Origin: Blastocatellia bacterium
GTDB lineage: Bacteria; Acidobacteriota; Blastocatellia; RBC074
Direction: 5' to 3'
Length of the DNA: 64,000 nt
NCBI GenBank assembly: GCA_043783625.1
Contig: JAYVZE010000049.1
Span: forward strand, 32,656-96,655
Notes under the pieces: generated by a model
Seen by the model: only the letters and a program-made list of their open reading frames with translations
Database searches by the model: none
What the model was told of the DNA's origin: nothing
Part shown: piece after piece, positions 1 to 9,913 of the stretch
Position numbering within the stretch: the stretch's first letter is position 1
Layout of the letters: each line of letters starts with the position of its first letter
Position numbers and translations under genes: made by a program

Positions 1-3000
1 CTTGAGCGTTATTTAGAAAGCAAGGATAAGTTCGAGCAATTCAAACAGGCATTTCACGCCGCTGTTGGCAGCGTCTGGGAAGTTGAACGCGATGCTTATC
101 AGTTCAACCGCGATGAAGTCGCCAGGGCGTTGGCTGAAACCTTACATCTAAGTATCGAATCAGCCGAAAAATGGGTGGATGGCGATGAAAAAAGTTTTGC
201 GCTTTCCATCGAAAATTTCTGTAAATGGGTGAAACAATATCTTGATAAAAAAGGGCCGGATCACCACCTTATATTTTTGGTTGATGAAATCGGTCAGTTT
301 ATTGGTGATGACTCACATTTGATGTTGAGCCTGCAAACCATTACCGAAGAACTTGGCACCGTTTGTAAAGGTCGGGCCTGGGTGGTGGTGACTTCACAGG
401 AAGACATTGATGCCGTGCTGGGAGAAATGCCCAAGACGAAAGCCAATGACTTTTCCAAAATTCAGGGGCGCTTTAAAACGCGGCTTTCGCTTTCCAGCAC
501 CAACGTTGACGAAGTCATTCAAGCTCGCCTGCTCGCCAAGAATTTTGCTGCTCAGGATGAATTGACCGCACTGTATCAGGCCAAAGGCGACATCCTGAAA
601 AATCAGCTGACTTTTACCAATTGCGGCATGACGCTCAAGCCGTACAAAGATGTCGAGGACTTCGCCAAAAACTATCCCTTCGCTCCTTATCAGTTTCAGT
701 TAGTGCAAAAGATTTTTGAAGCCATTCGCCGTGCCGGTGCGACAGGCATGCATCTGGCACGGGGCGAACGGTCATTGCTGGACGCGTTTCAATCGGCAGC
801 CATCTCCATCGCCAATCAAGATGTCGGCGTACTGGTTCCGCTCCATTTGTTTTATCCTTCCATCGAAAACTTTCTGGACACCGCAGTCAAACTCACCATT
901 GATCAGGCCCGGCAGAATCCCGGTCTGGAACAACCTTTCGATAATCAGTTGCTCAGAGTGCTATTCCTGATTCGCTATGTCGAGGAAATGAAAGCTAACG
1001 TGGACAATCTGGTCACGCTGTCGCTGGAAGAAATTGACGGTGATCGTTTGGCGTTGCGGCGCAAAATCGAAGAGAGTTTGCAGCGGCTCGAAAAAGAAAC
1101 GCTCATCAGCCGCAACGGAGATTTATATTCTTTCTTAACCAACGAAGAACGCGACATCAACCGCGAGATCAAAAATATCAATCTGGCTGACGGCACAGAT
1201 TCCAAGATGCTGGGCGAATTGATTTTTGTTGATATTTTGAAAGATCAGCGCAAGTTTCGTTTTCCACTCAATAAAATGGATTTTAGTTACAACCGCTTGT
1301 GCGATTCCTATCTGATCGGATCGCGCACCGACGGTGCGTTGTTGGTGACACTCATCTCGCCGCTGAATGATGAATACGATTTTTTTGATAACAGTCGTTG
1401 TGTTTTGGACAGTGGCGCTGAGGGCGGACAGATCATCATCCGGCTGGGCAATGATGCGAATCCCGGTCGTGAGTTGCGCACCTATTTACAAACTGAAAAA
1501 TATATCCGCTCTGACAGTGGTAATTTACCTGAATCAACCCGCAAGATTCGAGCCAATATTGCCGCTGATAATCACAACCGACGTGGCAGGCTCATTACCT
1601 TATTAACAGATTTGCTGAGCGCCGCTGACGTCTTCGTCGTTGGTCAACCGCTGAAATTAAAATCCAGTGCGCCAATGGAAACGCTCAATGAAGCACTCGA
1701 ATATCTGGTGCAAAATAGCTTCACCAAAATGGGATATTTGAAATATCTCAATCCGAACGCGGAAAAAGAGCTGCAAGCTATTTTGCGTAGCAATGATATT
1801 GCCCAACAAACGCTGGCGTTATCGTTACCGGAAGCCAACAAAGATGCGCTCGATGATTTACGCAATTTTATTCAGCTTTGCACTAACACCAGCAGGCAAA
1901 TCATCCTGCACGAATTGCTCGAAAAACGGTATGCCCTGCGTCCCTATGGCTGGCCTGATAATGAAGTCTTGATTTTGCTGGCGCGGCTCCTGGTATTGGG
2001 CGAAATCAGTTTGCTGATGGACGGTAGTTTGATCGCACCGGACAAAATTTATGATGCCATCACGACGCCGGCCAAACGGCGCAAAATTGTTGTCCTCAAA
2101 AAACAAGCTACTGATCCGCAGGCAATTCAAACGGCACGCGCCCTCGGCAAAGACCTCTTTCACGAAATGGGGCCCGAAGGCGAAGACGCCTTATTGAGCT
2201 TTCTCAAAGAAAAATTCAGCCTTTGGAAATTGTCGTTCGAGGGCTTCAAGCCCTTGGCTGACACGGGCAATTATCCCGGCAAAGAGCAGATTAATGACGG
2301 TTTGGCAATCATTAGAAAGCTGCTCAATTTTGATGACAGCTATAAATTCATTGAGGACTTCAACAGCCGCAAAGAGCCGCTAAAAGATTTGTCGGACGAT
2401 TTTCACGACTTGCAAAATTTTTATGAAAATCAAAGACCGTCGTGGGAGCGCTTGCGCAAAGCGTACGAAAAATTCCAACTCAACCGAATGGAATTAGAAC
2501 GTGACGAACGATCCCATGCCGCGCTAGAGCGGATGCAGGAAATTCTTCATGCGCCGCAGCCATACAGCTTGATTCGTGAAATTGATAATCACGTCACAAT
2601 GGTGGGCGCAATCAATGCGGCACTCATTAATGACCAACGGGAACAGGTCTGCAAAACAATTGACGGGCATCTCAAAACCTTGACGAATGACCTTGACGCG
2701 GTGCAGGTTGACGCTTCATTGCGCATGACCTGCTTGCAACCGCTGGAGCAAATTCGCCGTCAGGTTGAAACCGAAGAAAGTCTTGCGCATCTTTCCCAAT
2801 TCGCCGCCGAAGCCTTGAAGTCTTATGACGCCGGGGTACAACGCATCGAAGCAGTGGTTCGACCTGCAATCATGGAACCGGCCACGCCCCAACCCGCCTT
2901 AAAAAAACAGCGCATTGTGGAACCCGCGAAATTGACGAAGGCGGCTTATCTGGAAACCAAAGAGGATGTGCAAAATTTTATTGCAGCGTTGCGGCAGGAA

Positions 3001-3045
3001 CTAGAAACAGCTATCGAAAATAATGAACGGGTTCAGATTCGGTAG
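1..3045 (+). CDS. brxC: BREX system P-loop ATPase BrxC (5'-truncated by window)
   Basis: Frame open from base 1; Walker B LIFLVDEIGQFIG, VVVTSQEDID, DFSKIQGRF, YPFAPYQF, RPYGWP motifs; upstream of pglX-pglZ-brxL. Confidence 0.93.
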   Translation, partial: LERYLESKDKFEQFKQAFHAAVGSVWEVERDAYQFNRDEVARALAETLHLSIESAEKWVDGDEKSFALSIENFCKWVKQYLDKKGPDHHLIFLVDEIGQFIGDDSHLMLSLQTITEELGTVCKGRAWVVVTSQEDIDAVLGEMPKTKANDFSKIQGRFKTRLSLSSTNVDEVIQARLLAKNFAAQDELTALYQAKGDILKNQLTFTNCGMTLKPYKDVEDFAKNYPFAPYQFQLVQKIFEAIRRAGATGMHLARGERSLLDAFQSAAISIANQDVGVLVPLHLFYPSIENFLDTAVKLTIDQARQNPGLEQPFDNQLLRVLFLIRYVEEMKANVDNLVTLSLEEIDGDRLALRRKIEESLQRLEKETLISRNGDLYSFLTNEERDINREIKNINLADGTDSKMLGELIFVDILKDQRKFRFPLNKMDFSYNRLCDSYLIGSRTDGALLVTLISPLNDEYDFFDNSRCVLDSGAEGGQIIIRLGNDANPGRELRTYLQTEKYIRSDSGNLPESTRKIRANIAADNHNRRGRLITLLTDLLSAADVFVVGQPLKLKSSAPMETLNEALEYLVQNSFTKMGYLKYLNPNAEKELQAILRSNDIAQQTLALSLPEANKDALDDLRNFIQLCTNTSRQIILHELLEKRYALRPYGWPDNEVLILLARLLVLGEISLLMDGSLIAPDKIYDAITTPAKRRKIVVLKKQATDPQAIQTARALGKDLFHEMGPEGEDALLSFLKEKFSLWKLSFEGFKPLADTGNYPGKEQINDGLAIIRKLLNFDDSYKFIEDFNSRKEPLKDLSDDFHDLQNFYENQRPSWERLRKAYEKFQLNRMELERDERSHAALERMQEILHAPQPYSLIREIDNHVTMVGAINAALINDQREQVCKTIDGHLKTLTNDLDAVQVDASLRMTCLQPLEQIRRQVETEESLAHLSQFAAEALKSYDAGVQRIEAVVRPAIMEPATPQPALKKQRIVEPAKLTKAAYLETKEDVQNFIAALRQELETAIENNERVQIR

Positions 3046-3091
3046 AGATCGCGTCTTGAATCAACGTTGGCGGATGCAATCGCCCCGTCTT

Positions 3092-3165
3092 CGTCTCGTG
3101 AGAGACGCCTGAATGTAGGCAGGCCGTGAACGACCTGCCTACACTCAACCGCCCCTATGGGGGGC
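3092..3165. repeat. REP-like cluster of GC-rich hairpins between brxC and pglX
   Basis: CGTCTC-GTGA-GAGACG (3092-3107); TGTAGGCAGG...CCTGCCTACA (3114-3143); GCCCCT-ATG-GGGGGC (3151-3165). Confidence 0.65.
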
Positions 3166-3523
3166 AATCATATGATCCGTTAATCCGTAACATCTAATGA
3201 ACCGCACCAAACTCAAAACCTACGCCCCGCAAGCCCGTCGTGACTTCATTCAGTCCATTACGGATCGCGCCGCTTACTATGGTCTCACCGCCAGCCATAC
3301 CGCCGACATCACCGCGCAACAAGGTGACGTAGCCATCATCAATGGCAAACCTTTTCTGCTCGCTGTCATTGAAAAACGCGCCCAATTAATCAAACGAATT
3401 GAACGCAACGGCTTCGCCCCAACCATGGAAGCCATTGCCTACACCTGGTTCAATCGCATCGTAGCCATTCGGTTTATGGAATTGCACGGCTATCTTGAGC
3501 ACGGCTACCGCGTACTTTCAACC

Positions 3524-3588
3524 ACCACGGATTACACGGATAGCACGGATGGAGTAAGAACATCAGTGTTATCTGCGAAATCCGTGGT
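3524..3588. repeat. Palindromic element (CACGGAT family) inserted in frame in pglX
   Basis: ACCACGGATTACACGGATAGCACGGAT ... ATCAGTGTTATCTGCGAAATCCGTGGT; same arms at 6355 and 7121. Confidence 0.85.
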
Positions 3589-4075
3589 TAAGCCTCCTGA
3601 AATCCTGCTCCACGCCGAACACATCGAATTGCCCGGCCTCAATCGTGACAAGGTGATTGAACTCAAACTGGACGGTACAAAAGAAGCGGAGTTGTATCGC
3701 CTGTTGCTCGTCGCGCAGTGCAATGCGCTCAGTGCGGCGATGCCGTTTCTGTTTGAGCGCGTAGACGACGAGACAGAATTGCTCCTGCCGGACAATCTGC
3801 TGCATTCCGATTCGCTGATTCGCAAGCTGGTCAACGACATTGACGAAAGCGATTGGCAACAGGTCGAAATCATTGGCTGGCTCTATCAGTTTTACATCTC
3901 CGAGAAAAAGGACGAAGTCATCGGCAAGGTCGTCAAAAGCGAAGACATTCCGGCGGCGACGCAATTGTTCACGCCCAACTGGATCGTCAAATATCTGGTG
4001 CAAAATTCTATTGGGCGCATGTGGATGGAAGCGAATCCGACCTCAAACCTTGCCAGCAAAATGGAATACTTCGTT

Positions 4076-4171
4076 GGATTGCGGAATGCGGATTTGGGAT
4101 TGCGGATTGAAGAAAATGAAGCCGCAATCCAACCTCCCCAATCGGCACTCCGCATTCCGCAATCCGCACTC
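4076..4171. repeat. Heptamer-repeat palindrome (GGATTGC / CAATCCG family) in frame in pglX
   Basis: GGATTGC GGAATGC GGATTTG GGATTGC GGATTG ... CAATCGG CACTCCG CATTCCG CAATCCG. Confidence 0.85.
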
Positions 4172-4628
4172 TCGCCAGAGGCGATTACCGTGCTTGATCC
4201 GGCGTGCGGTTCGGGACACATTCTGGTCGAAGCGTATGATTTGCTGAAAGAGATTTATCTGGAACGCGGCTACCGATTGCGCGACATCCCGCGTTTGATT
4301 CTGAGCAAGAATTTGTTCGGTCTGGATATTGATGACCGCGCCGCCCAACTCGCTTCGTTTGCATTGCTGATGAAAGCACGCGCCGATGATCGCAGAATTT
4401 TTGACCGAGGGAAGGAGGGACAGAGCGAGGGAGCGAACGAATTGCACTCATCACTCGTGAACGTTCTGACCATTCCCGACAGTTCCGCGCTTTCCCTGCG
4501 TCCGCATCAATTGGCAGAAAGTTTGTTCAGCGACAAAGCCCGACGCGGTGCAATTCCCATTCGTGATCCGAAATATTTATTCGGCGAAATGGAAGCCCAA
4601 CCCTCGCTACTGATGCTGGACGAATCAA

Positions 4629-4670
4629 TTACTCATCACTCATCACTCATCACTCATTACTCATCACTCA
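4629..4670. repeat. Tandem heptamer (T(C/T)ACTCA) x6 inside pglX
   Basis: TTACTCA TCACTCA TCACTCA TCACTCA TTACTCA TCACTCA, 42 bp, encoding about THHSSLITHYSSLT. Confidence 0.9.
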
Positions 4671-6354
4671 CCGAACAGCATCTCATAGATTTGCTCGAAC
4701 GCTTTGAGATGGGCAAAACGCTGGGTTCGCTGATTCGGTTGCCAGCGGGCTACGGCACAACACTCGCCGCCATCGCGGAGTTGATGGCGGACAAACGAGC
4801 GCACGGCGACATCTACGAAAAAACTGCCGCGCGTGAGATTGAGCCGTTTGTGCGCGCGGCGGAACTGCTGCACGCCCAATACGATTGCGTGATTGCGAAC
4901 CCGCCGTATATGGGCGGCAAAGGCATGAACGTCGCCGTCAAAGACTTTGCCAAACGCCAGTTTCCCGATAGCAAAAGCGATTTGTTTGCGATGTTCATTG
5001 AGCGTGTGATGGAAATGGTTAAGCCCAACGGTGAGTCGGGTTTTGTTACACCTTTTGTTTGGATGTTTATTTTATCTTATGAAAAGTTCCGCACAAATTT
5101 ACTGAAAGAAAATGCACTTTCTTCCTTGATTCAGCTTGAATACAACGCATTTGAACCGGCCTGCGTTCCAGTTTGTGCATTCACTGTAGCAAAGGGGAAA
5201 AACGAAAACTTTAAAGGCGATTTTATTAAGCTATCAGATTTTAAAGGGCATCAAGCACAAGCACCAAAAACATTGGAAGCCATACAAAATCCGCATTGCG
5301 GCTGGCATTTTCAAGCTTCAAGTCATGACTTCAAAATGATTCCAGGAAGCCCGATTGCATATTGGATTAGTAGAACTTTGTTCAATTCATTCTCAGTTTT
5401 TCCACTTTTATCTAGTAAAGCAAACGTAAAAGAAGGACTAAACACAGGCGATAATGAAGAGTTCTTTAGGTTATGGTGTGAAGTTGCACTGAAGTTAATT
5501 AAGTTCAATTCTGATTCAAGTGATGATGCGCGGCTAAGTGGTAGACGATGGTTTCCATGTAACAAAGGAGGTAGTTATAGGAAATGGTTTGGAAATCAGG
5601 ATACCGTTATTAATTGGGAAAATGATGGACAAGCTATTCGCAATTTCAGAAACCCTGAAGGAAAAATTTTGTCTTCTGTAAGGAACGCTAGTTTCTATTT
5701 CAAGGAAGGCTTGACTTGGTCAGGTGTCGGATCAAGCGGTTTCAGTGTTCGTAGCTTTGGAAAAGGTTTCATCTTTAATAGCGTGGGACGTTGCTTATTT
5801 CCGCACGAATATTCAAATTATGTTCTAGGATTCCTTAATTCAACTGTATGCGCCTCGTTACTGAGCGTTTTAGCTCCAACTCTACATTTTTCTGTGGGGG
5901 ATGTTTGCAATCTACCAATAGCACCTGTAAGAAAAGATTCAGTGTTAGTTGAAGATCAAGTTCGAGAAATGATCGAGGTCGCCAAAAGTGACTGGAACTC
6001 ATTTGAAATCTCATGGGACTTCCAAACTTTCCCGCTGCTCCGCTCCGACCTGAAAGCCGCCACCGTCGAACAATCCTTTCTCCACTGGCAACACGCTTGC
6101 CAAGCCAACCTGCAACGGATGCAGGAACTGGAGACCGAGAACAACCGCCTGTTCATTGACGCCTACGGCCTGCAAGACGAACTCAGCCCCGAAGTGCCGG
6201 AAGCGCAAATCACGCTTGCCCGCGCCGACCGCAGCGACGATACCAAACGGCTGCTCTCATACGCGCTAGGCTGTAGATGGGCCGCTACCGTCTCGACCGC
6301 GCGGGACTCGTGTATGCGGACAGCGGCAATCGGGACTTTGAGAAGATTTATGAT

Positions 6355-6491
6355 TTAACCACGGATTACACTGATAACACGGATGAAGAACAAGCAAGGC
6401 GTTCTGTGTCATCCACAATAACATTGCCCTCAGACGACAAGAAAGATTCTATTTTTCTTTCATCCGTGCTATCGGTGCAATCCGTGGTTAA
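6355..6491. repeat. Palindromic element (CACGGAT family) in frame in the pglX C-terminal part
   Basis: TTAACCACGGATTACACTGATAACACGGATGAA ... TTCATCCGTGCTATCGGTGCAATCCGTGGTTAA. Confidence 0.9.
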
Positions 6492-7120
6492 TTTCCCTCC
6501 TGACGCTGACGGCATTGTACCTGTCACCGAGATCGAATGGTTCGCCGACGACGCAGCCCACCGCTTTACGGAATTCATCAGCAAAGCGTGGAGCGGCGAA
6601 CAACTGGAAGCGAACCTGCGCTGGATAGCGGAATCGCTCGGCACATCGCGTGACGAAGATGCCCGCACTACGATCAGGCGTTATTTCGCCAACGGTTTTT
6701 TCAAAGACCATTTGAAGACGTACAAGAAGCGCCCGATTTACTGGCTTTTTTCCAGCGGCAAACAACGCGCGTTCCAATGCCTGGTGTATTTGCATCGCTA
6801 CAATGAAGGGACGCTGGCGCGAATGCGGACGGAATACGTGATCCCGCTGCAAGGCAAAATCGCCGCGCGGATTGAACAACTGGAACATGATAAGTTGGCC
6901 GCAAGTTCGACTTCGCACCGCAGGAAATTGGACAAGGAACAGGACATGCTGAAAAAACAGCAGACCGAATTGGTAACGTTTGATGAGAAGCTGCGGCATT
7001 ACGCGGATTTGCGGATTGCGCTGGATTTGGATGACGGGGTGAAGGTCAATTACGGCAAGTTTGGCGATTTGCTGGCGGACGTGAAAGCGATGACGGGCGG
7101 GAGCGAGGAATAAGGGCAAA

Positions 7121-7250
7121 GAATTTAACCACGGATGACACCGATAGCACGGATGGGATGAAGACAGATTTTACACGGCGAAACGATTTGCCCTTTGTCT
7201 GATTGTCTCTGCCTTGATCCGTGTTCTCTGTGTCATCCGTGGTTAAATTC
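7121..7250. repeat. Intergenic palindromic element (CACGGAT family) between pglX and pglZ
   Basis: GAATTTAACCACGGATGACACCGATAGCACGGAT ... ATCCGTGTTCTCTGTGTCATCCGTGGTTAAATTC. Confidence 0.9.
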
Positions 7251-7267
7251 AAAGAATCTAAAAAGGA

Positions 7268-9913
7268 ATGACGGAATCGAAAGTTAATCTGATGGATACT
7301 CGACAAATCACCGCAGCACTGACCAAAATCTATCACGACGAAAAGCAGCGCATTGTTTTTTGGCATGATCCTGAGCGCGAGTTTGAGAGCGTGATTTCAA
7401 TGCTGGAGCTGGATGGCATCAATATTTTGCGGCTCAACGAAATTGGTTCCTTAGCCGTCAAAATTAAACTTGAAGGCGAAGACACGAAGGGTAAATATTT
7501 ACTGTATTCTCCGATGGAAGAGCCTGCTTTCGAAAATGACTGGCTCCTGGACATTCGCCTGTACAGTCGCAGTTTTCGCGCCGACCGTGCTTCGATCCTG
7601 TTGGATGAGTTGGGGCTGGTCAATCAGCATCTGCGTCAACATCTGGCCGACCGTCGCAAGTTTTTCGACAATAAAGAGCGTTTGCAAAAGTTGAAGCAAA
7701 CGGTTGTCGCCACTGATACCGCGCTGGATTTAGATCGCAAAATGATGGCGGTAGTGACCAGGGCCGACCAGCCGGAATTATTCACCCTGATTCGCACCAT
7801 TTTCCACGCGTACACCGAACAGGGCGAAGATCTTGCGCTTGAAAATGAACCCGTCATCTGGGAACAGATGGCGAAATTTGATGTGACGCAATCCTTTTGG
7901 CAAATGGTCAAAACCTCTTTCGGTTATGAAGATGAGACGCCGACGCTGAAGAAATTTTTGCTTCGTTTGTTGGTGGCGGATTTAGCACAGCACCTGAAAT
8001 CAGATTTGCCCGGTGCTGTACAAACTCTTGTCCTGCCTGCCGGAGGCCGCCAGAATGCGACGGTCTGTTTAGGTCAATGGCGTGACAGCCGCAGCCTGAG
8101 CAGCAGCTATGACCGGCTCTCGGCAATCGTGTTCGCCCTCATCCATTTGGAAGATCATTTACACAAATATGAGCTGCGCGATTGGCTCGACGTAATGAGT
8201 TTTGCCGAACTTGAAAAAACAATTGCCAGTGAGTTGCGCAAATTAGTGCAGACGACCTCCGCGACAATTAACGTTGACGAGATCCGCGCCATTGCCGCGC
8301 GACGGCAGAATGGACATTGGGCTTCGCTGAATGTGGCGGGTTCAGCAGATGTTCCGCGTCAGGAATATCACGCGGTTTACGACGCGCTGGTCTATGCCGC
8401 CGGGTTTTATGCGCTGCGCAATCAGTATCAAAACGGCTTTCATTGTGCCGATGCCCGGACAATGTATCAAACCTATGAAAAAGAACTCTATCGTTTTGAT
8501 CAACTGTACCGGCGGTTTTGCGAAGCAGCGGACAAGGCTGAAATCTGGAATATTTTGAAACCGCTGCGCGAAGATATTGAGGCCGTCTATACGAATTGGT
8601 ACTTGCCAAATCTGGCGGTCAGTTGGGGCGCGTTTGTAAAACCTGATGGCAGGACAGCGCTGCTAAAAAATTGGCACATTGATAAAGTCCCGAATCAATA
8701 TCAATTTTTCGAGCGGCAACTAAAACCGCGCTTGGATCCGGCTGAAAATCGTAAGACTTATGTCATTATCAGTGACGCCTTTCGTTATGAGGCGGCGCAG
8801 GAATTAACGGATGAATTGAATGGCAAGTATAGATTTGAAGCCAGCTTGAGTTCACAGCTTGGCGTGTTGCCGTCTTACACAGTGCTGGGCATGGCAAGCC
8901 TAATGCCGCACGAAACGCTGGAATACAAAAGCAATGGCGAGGTATTAGTAGACGGCAAACCGAATGCAACGTTGGAACAACGGGACGAAATTCTGCAAAC
9001 CGTGGGCGGTCTGGCGTGCAAAGCAGATGAACTCATCAAAAAGAAAAAAGAAGAGGGCAAAGAATTTGTCAGCGGCAAGCGCGTTGTGTATGTGTATCAC
9101 AACGTGGTGGATGCGATTGGCGACACGTCTTCCACCGAAGAAAAAACCTTTGATGCAGTGCGAGATGCGATTAATGAGCTTGCCACATTGACGACGTATA
9201 TCATCAACAGTCTGGGCGGCAATCACATTTTGATTACGGCGGATCATGGATTTTTATTTACCGGAAGTCCACCCGGCGAACCGGAAAAAAGTAAGTTGGA
9301 AGAGCGTCCCAATGGAACGGTAAAAGCCAAAAAGCGCTATTTGATTGGATTGGATTTACCCGATCACGAAGCGGTCTGGCATGGCAGGACTGCTTTGACG
9401 GCAGAGGCTGACGGTGACATGGAGTTCTGGATTCCCAAAGGAGCCAATCGTTTTTATTTTGTTGGCGGTGCGCGTTTCATTCACGGCGGCGCCATGTTAC
9501 AGGAAATTGTGGTGCCGGTTGTGACCGTCAAACATGTGAAAGGGAAAGCCGTCAAAGATACGAAAACGAGTGCAGTCACCGTGCAAGTGCTGGGCAATAA
9601 TTTTAAAATCACTACGGCGCGACACCGGTTTGAATTGCTCCAGATGGAACCTGTGAGTGAAAGGGTGAAACCGATGACGCTCAAAATTGCCATTTACGAA
9701 GGCACTGAAGCGGTGACGAATATTGAAACGATTACCTTTGACAGCACTTCAGAAACAATGGACGAGCGTAAAAAATCGCTGACCTTAATTTTGCGCGACC
9801 ATCAATACAATAAAAAGACGACGTACCAACTGATTTTGCGTGATGTCGAAACAGAGATCGAACATCAAAACATACCGATCATAATTGACAGGGCTTTCAG
9901 TGATGACTTCTGA
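7268..9913 (+). CDS. pglZ: BREX-1 phosphatase PglZ (type A)
   Basis: RIVFWHDP, DWLLDIRLY, VIISDAFRYE, LPSYTVLGMASL, ITADHGF, RFIHGGAMLQE; start may be 7292. Confidence 0.95.
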   Translation: MTESKVNLMDTRQITAALTKIYHDEKQRIVFWHDPEREFESVISMLELDGINILRLNEIGSLAVKIKLEGEDTKGKYLLYSPMEEPAFENDWLLDIRLYSRSFRADRASILLDELGLVNQHLRQHLADRRKFFDNKERLQKLKQTVVATDTALDLDRKMMAVVTRADQPELFTLIRTIFHAYTEQGEDLALENEPVIWEQMAKFDVTQSFWQMVKTSFGYEDETPTLKKFLLRLLVADLAQHLKSDLPGAVQTLVLPAGGRQNATVCLGQWRDSRSLSSSYDRLSAIVFALIHLEDHLHKYELRDWLDVMSFAELEKTIASELRKLVQTTSATINVDEIRAIAARRQNGHWASLNVAGSADVPRQEYHAVYDALVYAAGFYALRNQYQNGFHCADARTMYQTYEKELYRFDQLYRRFCEAADKAEIWNILKPLREDIEAVYTNWYLPNLAVSWGAFVKPDGRTALLKNWHIDKVPNQYQFFERQLKPRLDPAENRKTYVIISDAFRYEAAQELTDELNGKYRFEASLSSQLGVLPSYTVLGMASLMPHETLEYKSNGEVLVDGKPNATLEQRDEILQTVGGLACKADELIKKKKEEGKEFVSGKRVVYVYHNVVDAIGDTSSTEEKTFDAVRDAINELATLTTYIINSLGGNHILITADHGFLFTGSPPGEPEKSKLEERPNGTVKAKKRYLIGLDLPDHEAVWHGRTALTAEADGDMEFWIPKGANRFYFVGGARFIHGGAMLQEIVVPVVTVKHVKGKAVKDTKTSAVTVQVLGNNFKITTARHRFELLQMEPVSERVKPMTLKIAIYEGTEAVTNIETITFDSTSETMDERKKSLTLILRDHQYNKKTTYQLILRDVETEIEHQNIPIIIDRAFSDDF

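Larger units (their letters stand above)
3197..7113 (+). pseudogene. pglX: BREX-1 adenine methyltransferase PglX, split by a 1-nt frameshift near 6275 (ORFs 3197-6358 and 6277-7113)
   Basis: AYTWFNR, IPAATQLFTPNWIVKY, LDPACGSGHIL (motif I), NPPY (motif IV), C-terminal YKKRPIYWLFSSG and LDLDDGVKVNYGKF; conserved-looking SYALGC-x-MGRY is broken across frames. Could be an assembly error. Confidence 0.9.

Noticed and set aside
6469-7119. Long antisense ORFs (e.g. 6469-7119, 27436-28074, 35591-36166, 56013-56573)
   Set aside because: They are shadows of well-supported genes on the opposite strand and show no recognisable motifs.
3524-7250. Repeated CACGGAT units as a CRISPR array
   Set aside because: The repeats are inverted arms, irregularly spaced, with no constant repeat-spacer period and no cas genes.
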